From: Pyrinomonadaceae bacterium
GTDB lineage: Bacteria; Acidobacteriota; Blastocatellia; Pyrinomonadales; Pyrinomonadaceae
DNA: 40,488 bases
Reading direction: 5' to 3'
Assembly: GCA_035526605.1 (NCBI GenBank)
Contig: DATLCA010000340.1
Span: forward strand, 1 to 40,488
The translations under genes and the position numbers were made by a program. Below the pieces are notes generated by a model. The model was not told the DNA's origin. It ran no database searches and saw only the letters and a program-made list of their open reading frames with translations. Below, piece by piece: positions 9,175 through 16,530 of this stretch. The first letter of the stretch is position 1; every line of letters begins with the position of its first letter.

Positions 9175-10347
9175 ATGCAACGGAAGAAGATCATGGTTTT
9201 TTGTGATTACTACCTGCCCGGTTTTAAGAGCGGCGGGGGTATGTGGACCGTCGTAAACCTCGTCGACCGCTTTCACGATCGCTACGATTTTTATGTGGTC
9301 GCACGAAACCATGACGGGAAAGCGGACGTCGAGCCGTACAAAGAAGTGAAGACCGGAGAGTGGAACGCTGTCGGAGCGGCAAAGGTATTCTACCTGGATG
9401 CGAAACGCGTAAATGTCGGTTTCTTTAAGAGGCTTGTCGGAGAGATCAAGCCCGACATGTTTTTCCTGAATAGTGTTTTTAGCAAGCCCGCCATCACCTT
9501 GCTGAGAGCGAGAAAGAACGCGGAGCTTTCCGGCGTCCCCGTCATCCTGTCCCCGTGCGGGGAACTCTCGGGTGCGGCGCTCAAGCTGAAGGCCGCAAAG
9601 AAAAAATTATTCCTGAGTCTTGCGAACCTGACAGGGCTCCACCGGCATGTCATTTGGCGAGCCTCTTTTGAATCGGATGCGAAAGAAATAAAGGCCGCAA
9701 TTGGCGAGGATATTGAGGTCTTGTGTGCGCCGGACCTTCCGCCGAAATCGATAGTTCCGGATTTCGATATTTTGGATAAGCCCGCCAAGCGGAACGGCGC
9801 GGTGCGATTCATTTTTGTATCACGGATCGTGCGAAAAAAGAATCTACATTTTTTTCTCGAGCGCCTTTCCTCGTGCCGCACGGGTGAGATAACACTTGAT
9901 ATCGTGGGGCCGATCGAGGACGCGGACTATTGGCGTGAGTGCGAAGCGGCGCTGAAGACGCTACCGAAAAACGTCACGGTAAATGTCACGGGAGCTCTCC
10001 CGTACGGGGAAATATTGAAGCGGATGACGGCCGCACATTTCTTTGTGCTGCCGACCCTCAACGAGAATTTCGGCTATGTCTTGCTCGAGGCCTTGGCTTG
10101 CGGCGCGCCTTTGTTGATCAGCGACCGCACGGCGTGGAACGGGGTGGAAGCGAAAGGTTCGGGATGGCCGCTGCCGCTTGAAGATCCCGAGGGGTGGAGC
10201 GAGCTGATAATCAGATGTATCGAAATGGACGCTGAAGAATTTTCTCGAATGGCGAATGCGGCGCGCGAGCAGGCGGCGAATTGGCTTGCGGACGAATCTG
10301 TGGAGGCCGCCACGGCGAGCCTTTTGGAAAGGGCGATGGGCGGGTGA
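9175..10347 (+). CDS. Glycosyltransferase family 4
   Basis: ATG at 9175 is in frame inside track ORF 9055..10347. The C-terminal GT-B region has the E-x7-E-like NENFGYVLLEALACGAPLLISD. Confidence 0.75.
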   Translation: MQRKKIMVFCDYYLPGFKSGGGMWTVVNLVDRFHDRYDFYVVARNHDGKADVEPYKEVKTGEWNAVGAAKVFYLDAKRVNVGFFKRLVGEIKPDMFFLNSVFSKPAITLLRARKNAELSGVPVILSPCGELSGAALKLKAAKKKLFLSLANLTGLHRHVIWRASFESDAKEIKAAIGEDIEVLCAPDLPPKSIVPDFDILDKPAKRNGAVRFIFVSRIVRKKNLHFFLERLSSCRTGEITLDIVGPIEDADYWRECEAALKTLPKNVTVNVTGALPYGEILKRMTAAHFFVLPTLNENFGYVLLEALACGAPLLISDRTAWNGVEAKGSGWPLPLEDPEGWSELIIRCIEMDAEEFSRMANAAREQAANWLADESVEAATASLLERAMGG

Positions 10348-11573
10348 TGGCAAACGAACCTGAAGCTTTAAAACGCCGGCTATGGGTGGTCACGGAATTG
10401 TACTACCCGGAAGAAACATCGACGGGATATTATTTAACCCGGATCGCGGAAGGTCTCGCCGAAGATTTTGACGTGAAAGCTCTGTGCGGTCAGCCCACCT
10501 ACTCGGCCCGCGGTATTGTCGCCCCCAAACATGAGATCCATAACGGAGTAGAGATCTTTCGAGCATCGGGCACAACGCTCGACAAAAACGTCATCGTATT
10601 CAGGCTGGTGAATATGCTGACGCTAGGCCTCTCGGTCTTTCTCAAATCACTTCGAAATTTCCGTCAGGGCGACCGAGTATTGGTCGTCACGACTCCGCCG
10701 AGCATGCCGTTCGTCGTCGCACTTGCCGCGTTGGTGAAAGGCACCTCGTACACGCTGCTGATCCACGATAACTATCCCGAGATATTGATAGCCGTGGGAA
10801 AGTCGCGCCCCGGATCCCTTCTCGCGAAGATCATAGCGTTCTGCAACCGATGGCTCTACAAGTACGCGGCGAAGATCATTGTCGTCGGGCGGGATATGCA
10901 GGAGCTGCTCAGCCGGAAAACTGCCGGCCTCGATATCCCTATCGTTACGATCCCGAACTGGGCCGAGCTGGAATCGGTCGCGCCATCACCTCGAGATGAA
11001 AACGCGCTACTCGCGGAGCTTGGTTTATCGGACAAGTTCGTTTTTCTTTATGCGGGAAATCTGGGTCACCCGAATGATCTGGAAAGTATCGTCGAGTGTG
11101 CCGCCGCGCTCCGCGAAAGAAGCGACGTGCATTTTATTTTCTTGGGAACCGGCGTTAAGCGGAAGTGGCTCGAGTCGCGGGTTCGCGAGCTGGCATTGAA
11201 AAACGTTACCGTTCTTGACCCGCGCCCGAGGAGCGAACAGCGGGTGTTCCTGAACGCGTGCGACGTCGGGCTGGTGTCGCTGGTGAAGAACATGGTCGGT
11301 GTGTCCATGCCCAGCCGGACATACAACATTCTCGCCGCGGGGCGCCCGATCCTCGCCCTTACGGAAGAGGACTCGGAGCTGGCAAGAGTCGTTCGCGAAG
11401 ACCGGGTCGGATGGGTTACACCTCCCAACGATCCGACATCCCTAAGCCAAACGATCGCCGATATTCTTCGCACCCGTGAAGATCTGCCGGCTATGGGCGA
11501 AGCGGCGCGAACGTCCGCCGTCACCAAGTACTCGCTCGAAAAAGCACTCGACGAATATCGGAGAGTTTTATGA
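10347..11573 (+). CDS. Glycosyltransferase family 4 (WbuB-like, possible 6-deoxy-L-HexNAc transferase)
   Basis: ATG at 10347 shares a base with the upstream TGA (TGATG). N-terminal VVTELYYPEETSTGYY. Follows the FnlA-type sugar genes, as wbuB-type genes do in O-antigen loci. Confidence 0.7.
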   Translation: MANEPEALKRRLWVVTELYYPEETSTGYYLTRIAEGLAEDFDVKALCGQPTYSARGIVAPKHEIHNGVEIFRASGTTLDKNVIVFRLVNMLTLGLSVFLKSLRNFRQGDRVLVVTTPPSMPFVVALAALVKGTSYTLLIHDNYPEILIAVGKSRPGSLLAKIIAFCNRWLYKYAAKIIVVGRDMQELLSRKTAGLDIPIVTIPNWAELESVAPSPRDENALLAELGLSDKFVFLYAGNLGHPNDLESIVECAAALRERSDVHFIFLGTGVKRKWLESRVRELALKNVTVLDPRPRSEQRVFLNACDVGLVSLVKNMVGVSMPSRTYNILAAGRPILALTEEDSELARVVREDRVGWVTPPNDPTSLSQTIADILRTREDLPAMGEAARTSAVTKYSLEKALDEYRRVL

Positions 11574-12610
11574 TCGGGGTGGGGCTAACCACATCGACCT
11601 GTCTGTTCGCGGCTGCTTTTCTGGCCTCATCATTCGGCGTGGCGATTTTTATCCGCTGGAGCCGGCACCGAGGGCTTTTCGACATCCCGAACGAGCGGAG
11701 CTCGCATTCGACACCCACGCCTCGAGGCGGAGGGCTCGTAGTCGTTCTGGTGAGTCTAGCCGGCTATCTGATAGTTGGGTTCGCCCTCGGCATGCCTGTC
11801 TCATGGGGATACGTGGGTGGGTCTCTGCTCGTCGCGTTTGTCAGCTGGCTAGACGATCTGTACTCGCTGCCGTTTTGGAGCCGGCTCATCTTTCATGTTA
11901 TCGCGGCCGGAATCTTGATGTGCGACCTCGGCTATTGGACCGGTCTATATATTCCGTTCGTTTCCGGTGAAGCCGACGTAGGAAATACGGCCGGCGTCCT
12001 TTTAACTTTTGCGTGGGTTGTCTGGCTGTTGAATGCTTACAACTTCATGGATGGCATTGATGGCATTGCGGCGCTCCAGGCCGTGATCACCTGTATCGCG
12101 TGGGCGGTATTGGCGTTGATTCTGGATATACCGTCGATATTCTTGTTCTCCGGAATTCTCGCAAGCGCGTCCGCAGGATTTTTAGTTCACAATTGGCAGC
12201 CGGCGAAAGTCTTCATGGGTGATGTGGGGAGCGCCTTTCTCGGTTTCACGCTCGCGGCGATGCCGCTGCTTGCCCGGCCAGGTCGGGGGGCGAACGCCTC
12301 GATACTTCCAGCCTTGGGACTTCTGCTGGTGTGGTTTTTTATTTTTGACACGGTCTTCACTTTCTTCCGGAGACTGATCGCCGGACAGCGATTCTGGGAA
12401 GCTCATCGCCAGCATATTTATCAGAAGCTTGTGATTTCGGGCTGGGAGCACTCGCGTGTGGCACTTCTTTATGGGCTCATGTCGGCCGCGGCGTCCGCGA
12501 TCGCGCTGACGGCTTTTAGATTTTCGGGAATTTACCGGTACTTGGCCTTTTTATCCGTATTCGTTCTGACATCAGCGCTTGTGTACCTGGGAGCCCGAAA
12601 TAAACGTTGA
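11570..12610 (+). CDS. Undecaprenyl-phosphate HexNAc-1-phosphate transferase (MraY/WecA/WbpL family), the initiating transferase
   Basis: ATGA overlap with the upstream gene. Motifs LDDLYSL, NAYNFMDGIDGIA and VFMGDVGSAFLGF. Multiple TM helices. Confidence 0.85.
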   Translation: MIGVGLTTSTCLFAAAFLASSFGVAIFIRWSRHRGLFDIPNERSSHSTPTPRGGGLVVVLVSLAGYLIVGFALGMPVSWGYVGGSLLVAFVSWLDDLYSLPFWSRLIFHVIAAGILMCDLGYWTGLYIPFVSGEADVGNTAGVLLTFAWVVWLLNAYNFMDGIDGIAALQAVITCIAWAVLALILDIPSIFLFSGILASASAGFLVHNWQPAKVFMGDVGSAFLGFTLAAMPLLARPGRGANASILPALGLLLVWFFIFDTVFTFFRRLIAGQRFWEAHRQHIYQKLVISGWEHSRVALLYGLMSAAASAIALTAFRFSGIYRYLAFLSVFVLTSALVYLGARNKR

Positions 12611-12625
12611 CCTAAATAATTAAAA

Positions 12626-13522
12626 GTGTTAGCTTTGCAGGACACTAAGTTTGGAAGTGCGGTAGCAGACTGGTTGATGTCAGAGAAAAGTTTGGAGCAC
12701 ACACGCTCATTCGATAATGAAATCGTTTTCGAATCGTACGGGGTGCGGGTGAGGATCCAGACGACCAGCCCGGAGCTACTAGAAGACGCGGAGCGGACTG
12801 CGAGAAAAGCATTGCTCGATCGTCTTGAGATCCTTGAAAGTAAAGAGGCAGAACACACGTTCCGAATTTCGGCGGACGAGAACGAAACCATGTACCTATT
12901 TTTGAATGGTGAACAGGTTTCGTACGACAAATTCCACGCTCGGTTTTTTAAGTTCTTTAATGGGATTTTGCGCATAGTCGTCGCGGAACACGCTCGCGAT
13001 ACGGTCTTTATTCATGCCGGTGTCGTCGGGTGGCGAGGTAAAGCCATCGTCATTCCGGCAAATAGCTTTGAAGGGAAGACCACCCTCGTCGCTGAACTGG
13101 TAAGAAACGGTGCTGAGTATTATTCGGACGAGTACGCGGTTCTGGACCGACACGGGATGGTTCACCCATTCCCACGGGATCTATCCGTTCGGGACGACGA
13201 ATTCCGGGAGACCGACGTTCCCGTAGAGGCGTTGGGCGGAAAAACCGGCACCACCGCGCTACCGATCGGGGCGGTCCTGCTGACCCGCTACGAAGAAAAT
13301 GCGGGGTGGAATCCGGAACGGTTGACGGTCGGGCAAGGAATAATGGAGATCATTCCCCATACTATTCCCCGGATCTTTAACACAAAGTTTTCATTAAAAG
13401 TGTTGAACACAGCGGTAAGTGATGCAATAATACTGAAAAGCCCGCGAGGCGACGCGGGACAACTTGCAATTAAACTTTTGTCTTTTTTTGACAATTTTAT
13501 ATACTTGGCTAAAATTACCTAA
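12626..13522 (+). CDS. HPr-kinase-C-terminal-like P-loop kinase (HprK-related)
   Basis: FIHAGVVGWRGKAIVIPANSFEGKTTLVAELV resembles the HprK C-domain core plus Walker-A-like loop. The start is uncertain (GTG at 12626 or ATG at 12677), and neither has a clear SD. Confidence 0.6.
   Translation: MLALQDTKFGSAVADWLMSEKSLEHTRSFDNEIVFESYGVRVRIQTTSPELLEDAERTARKALLDRLEILESKEAEHTFRISADENETMYLFLNGEQVSYDKFHARFFKFFNGILRIVVAEHARDTVFIHAGVVGWRGKAIVIPANSFEGKTTLVAELVRNGAEYYSDEYAVLDRHGMVHPFPRDLSVRDDEFRETDVPVEALGGKTGTTALPIGAVLLTRYEENAGWNPERLTVGQGIMEIIPHTIPRIFNTKFSLKVLNTAVSDAIILKSPRGDAGQLAIKLLSFFDNFIYLAKIT
13488..13515 (+). promoter_or_regulatory. Sigma-70-like promoter inside the 3' end of the kinase gene, facing the PqqD-fusion gene
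   Basis: TTGACA (13488-13493), a 16-nt spacer, then TAAAAT (13510-13515). Followed by GGAGGAG at 13548-13554 and ATG at 13558. Confidence 0.4.
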
Positions 13523-13557
13523 CCCTATTACGGTTAGTTACTTGTTTGGAGGAGAAA

Positions 13558-14046
13558 ATGAACAACTCGCAGCGCCCCATTGCACGAAAAAGTGGACTCG
13601 TAGTCCAGGAGGTACCGGACGAAGTTCTGGTATACGATCTGGAAAGCAATAAAGCCCACTGTCTTAACCAGTCGGCCGCGATGATTTGGAAATCATGCGA
13701 CGGCAACAATTCGGTTTCGGAAATTGCGAAACTTGTGGAAAGCCAGGCCGGCGGCAAGGTTACCGAGGACTTCGTGTGGCTTGCGATCGACCAGCTTAGT
13801 GAGAACAATCTGCTTGAAAAGCCGGTGGCTTCCAGCTTTGAAGGAACATCGCGTCGCGAAGTCATCAAGAAGATCGGTCTTGCTTCAGTGGTAGCCGTTC
13901 CGGTTATCGCATCCCTCGTCGCTCCGCAAAGTGCTTTGGCTGCGGCGTCGTGTACATGCGTGAACCCGCCGTCGTGCAGCAACACTCCGAATTTGGGTTG
14001 CCCGAGCACGACTCGTTGCAACAGTTCTGGTTTGTGCGCTCCCTAA
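13558..14046 (+). CDS. PqqD-like (RRE) domain protein fused to an internal Tat-type signal-like segment and a Cys-rich C-terminal tail
   Basis: ATG at 13558 follows a strong SD (the track start at 13546 is TTG). Residues ~13-88 look PqqD-like (LVVQEVPDEVLVYDLESNKAHCLNQSAAMIW...). Then come TSRREVIKK, an 18-aa hydrophobic stretch and ALA/AA. The tail is CTCVNPPSCSNTPNLGCPSTTRCNSSGLCAP. Confidence 0.7.
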   Translation: MNNSQRPIARKSGLVVQEVPDEVLVYDLESNKAHCLNQSAAMIWKSCDGNNSVSEIAKLVESQAGGKVTEDFVWLAIDQLSENNLLEKPVASSFEGTSRREVIKKIGLASVVAVPVIASLVAPQSALAAASCTCVNPPSCSNTPNLGCPSTTRCNSSGLCAP

Positions 14047-14072
14047 ATAGCGACGCTCAATATAAGATCAAA

Positions 14073-14103
14073 GGCAGCAGATCATCCGGTCTGCTGCCTT
14101 TTT
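14073..14103 (+). terminator. Rho-independent terminator
   Basis: 9-bp perfect stem GGCAGCAGA / TCTGCTGCC (14073-14081 and 14090-14098), an 8-nt loop, then TTTTT (14099-14103). Confidence 0.7.
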
Positions 14104-14107
14104 GCGC

Positions 14108-14980
14108 ATGAGTCATCCACAAGAGATCACGGACGAATACAGGTTCTACCTTCTTAGAAAGCGATTAGCCGAGAATCTCATTCTGGGTGCGTTTCGCGGG
14201 TTTCGCCGGGAAGGCATCGAACCCATTTTAATAAAGGGCTGGGCGGCGGATCGGAACTATCCGGCGTCAAGGCCGCGTTTTTTCGGCGACATAGACCTTG
14301 CCGTCTCCGCCGCCGACTTCGACGCGGCGAGGAAACTAATAAGCTCCGGATCAACTATCGGCGGTGTTGACCTACATCGCGAATTAGAACATTTAGATAC
14401 ACTCGGTTGGGAAAGCCTGATCTCCAATTCCCAGGTCGTTAAGTTGGAGGGTGAGGACATTCGTATTCTTTGCGCCGAGGACCACCTCCGGGTTATGTGC
14501 GTCCACTGGCTTACCGATGGCGGTGAAAGACGCGAGCGGCTCTGGGATATATTCTACGCGGTACAAAATCGGCCGGCTGAATTCGACTGGTCAAAGTGTG
14601 TGGATGTGGTCAGTGAGACACGGCGGCAGTGGATCATTACGTCAATTGGGATCGCGCATAAATATTTAGACCTGGACCTTTCCGGTATACCCTTCGCGGA
14701 GGAGGCTCGAGACCTCCCGGTCTGGCTAACCCGATGCCTGGAGCGGGAATGGGCGAGAAACCTCGAGATCCGCCCTCTACATTCACAACTAAAATATCCT
14801 CTCGGTCTGTTGCGTCAGGTACGGAAGCGCATTCCGCCGAATCCAATCCAGGCCACAATCAATTGCGAGGGGGATTTTCGAAAACGGACGCGGGTCGGTT
14901 ATCAGATCCGGGATATGTTCAAGCGTATACTTCCAGGGATAAAGCGCATATCGAACACGATAGTGGAAAAACCTTCGTGA
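14108..14980 (+). CDS. Uncharacterised nucleotidyltransferase family protein (NTP_transf_5 / PF14907-like)
   Basis: ILIKGWAADRNYPASRPRFFGDIDLAVSAADFDAARKLI matches the family pattern (LKG...Y...R...DIDLLV). ATG at 14108 (the track TTG at 14102 lies in the terminator T-tract). No obvious SD. Confidence 0.6.
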   Translation: MSHPQEITDEYRFYLLRKRLAENLILGAFRGFRREGIEPILIKGWAADRNYPASRPRFFGDIDLAVSAADFDAARKLISSGSTIGGVDLHRELEHLDTLGWESLISNSQVVKLEGEDIRILCAEDHLRVMCVHWLTDGGERRERLWDIFYAVQNRPAEFDWSKCVDVVSETRRQWIITSIGIAHKYLDLDLSGIPFAEEARDLPVWLTRCLEREWARNLEIRPLHSQLKYPLGLLRQVRKRIPPNPIQATINCEGDFRKRTRVGYQIRDMFKRILPGIKRISNTIVEKPS

Positions 14981-15663
14981 AGAAAACAAACCGGTCCCGG
15001 AACGTCTTGGCTCTCGAGTCTGCTGTTGCCGGCGGAAGTGTCGCGCTGATCCGCGAGGAAAAGAAATTCGTCCTCAATCGTGAGGGCCCCGAGTGTTCAC
15101 GTGCCGAGAACCTGTTGTCGATAATCGCCGGGATTCTCAAGGAAGCCGAGCTCACCCTCCGAGATATAAACCTGATCGCGGTTTCGACCGGCCCTGGTAG
15201 TTACTCTGGCATTCGAATCGGACTTTCGACCGCGATGGGTCTTGGCGACGCCCTCGGCGTACGGTGCGTCGGGGTTTCCGTTCTTGACGCGATGGCCTGG
15301 GCCGCCCGCCTCGAGGGTTCTTTTATTGTCGCCGTCCCGGTTGGAAAAAATGACGTGGCATGGCAGATTTTTAGGACCGGCGGCCAGGGAGCTCCGCAGG
15401 GCGACTCGGACCCGGAGCTGTTGTCGAGCGCTTCTTTTATCGATCGGTTGAAGGGCCTTCCCGAGGTCAGCCTTTTCGGCCAGAGAGATTTGCTGGATCG
15501 CATCGGCGATCAAATTCCATTAACCACGCCTCGGGTGGACGCGGGACGCGGAATAGCAGAAATGGTGGGCCGCGAAGCTATGCGGCAGGGCGAAACCGAT
15601 AGTCCCTTGAGGCCGATCTATCTTCGCAACCGGGACTCAGATGTTCGTTCTGCGCGCTTCTAA
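14977..15663 (+). CDS. tsaB: tRNA threonylcarbamoyladenosine (t6A) biosynthesis protein TsaB
   Basis: VLALESAVAGGSVAL and the STGPGSYSGIRIGLSTAMGL motif. GTG at 14977 overlaps the upstream TGA (GTGA). TTG at 15007 is an alternative start. The rest of track ORF 14734.. is overlap junk. Confidence 0.8.
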   Translation: MKKTNRSRNVLALESAVAGGSVALIREEKKFVLNREGPECSRAENLLSIIAGILKEAELTLRDINLIAVSTGPGSYSGIRIGLSTAMGLGDALGVRCVGVSVLDAMAWAARLEGSFIVAVPVGKNDVAWQIFRTGGQGAPQGDSDPELLSSASFIDRLKGLPEVSLFGQRDLLDRIGDQIPLTTPRVDAGRGIAEMVGREAMRQGETDSPLRPIYLRNRDSDVRSARF

Positions 15664-16116
15664 GTGAACGAGTACAAAATTTCAAAAGCGGAAAGTAGCG
15701 ACCTTTCGGAGATAAAAAGGATCGAGACCGAGTGCGGCCTGAGCGCGTGGAGCATTGGTGCGTATACGGCCGAGCAGAAACACCCGGATGCGATAATGCT
15801 CAAAGCGTACATCGAAGACGGAACCATCGTCGGATTTCTCGCGGGCAGGGTCCCGGCCGGTGGCGAGGGAGAGATTCTAAATATCGGAACCGCGGTCCGG
15901 TTTCAACGGCGGGGCGTAGGATCGTTGCTGATCGAAGAGTTCCGTAGTATTTCGGCGCGAAGGCGGGTGTCCGCAATCTGGCTCGAAGTGCGCTCGGGCA
16001 ACGCGGCGGCGATCAAATTTTACGAATCGCATGGTTTTGTAAAGAAAGGCTTCCGACCGGCTTACTACTCGGACCCGACCGAAAATGCGGACTTGATGGC
16101 GTTGGCTTTGATCTAG
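15664..16116 (+). CDS. rimI: Ribosomal-protein-alanine N-acetyltransferase (GNAT)
   Basis: GNAT motif A RFQRRGVGSLLIEE. Classic tsaB-rimI adjacency. GTG start immediately after the tsaB stop. Confidence 0.8.
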   Translation: MNEYKISKAESSDLSEIKRIETECGLSAWSIGAYTAEQKHPDAIMLKAYIEDGTIVGFLAGRVPAGGEGEILNIGTAVRFQRRGVGSLLIEEFRSISARRRVSAIWLEVRSGNAAAIKFYESHGFVKKGFRPAYYSDPTENADLMALALI

Positions 16117-16251
16117 CTTAAAGCGCCAAATTACAAAGGTGCTTGAAAAGTGTGCCGGAATTGGTTTAACATCAGGCTTGAACCCCCGATAGGTACATTG
16201 GAACTGGATACCTGGGTTCAAAAAAATTGAAAAGTGAGGAACAACAACGCT

Positions 16252-16482
16252 ATGGACATGTCAACCCCTGATGTTGTGAGAGACGAGCTGATAAAGAGCA
16301 ATTCGGCGTTCCGCGATCTGGTTCATCAACATCAAAGCTATGAAAATCGGTTGAGCGAATTGGCCCACCTTACATTCCCCAGCGACGACGAGCAAGTCGA
16401 AGAGGTAACTCTCAAGAAAAAGAAATTACAAATAAAGGACGAGATCTATGCAATGATGCATGATTACTCGGTCTCGCACTAA
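16252..16482 (+). CDS. DUF465 (YdcH-like) small protein
   Basis: FRDLVHQHQSYENRLSEL ... LKKKKLQIKDEI is typical of DUF465. ATG at 16252 is preceded by GAGGA at 16236-16240. Confidence 0.7.
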   Translation: MDMSTPDVVRDELIKSNSAFRDLVHQHQSYENRLSELAHLTFPSDDEQVEEVTLKKKKLQIKDEIYAMMHDYSVSH

Positions 16483-16505
16483 TCTTTAAACTTTAACTTT
16501 TCCCT

Positions 16506-16530
16506 AAGACGGCGCCATGCGCCGTCTTTT
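16506..16530. terminator. Bidirectional intrinsic terminator between convergent genes
   Basis: 10-bp stem AAGACGGCGC / GCGCCGTCTT with loop CAT. T residues follow on the + strand and A residues precede. Confidence 0.65.

Noticed and set aside
13515-14021. 168-aa minus-strand ORF overlapping the PqqD-fusion gene.
   Set aside because: The plus-strand frame has an SD, promoter, terminator and recognisable domain logic. The minus-strand translation has no motifs and no expression signals.
12626-14980. Possible lasso-peptide biosynthetic gene cluster, since an HprK-like kinase, PqqD and a nucleotidyltransferase are known lasso accessories.
   Set aside because: No asparagine-synthetase-like cyclase, no transglutaminase-like leader protease and no short Gly/Asp-containing lasso precursor appears anywhere in the 40 kb. 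The module is reported instead as an unclassified system.
16165-16228. GAACCC...GGGTTC / GGTA...TACC nested inverted repeat followed by an A-tract, upstream of the DUF465 gene, as a possible terminator or RNA element.
   Set aside because: No T-tract follows it on the plus strand, and on the minus strand the T-tract precedes the stem. It is therefore not a convincing terminator, and I recognise no known motif.
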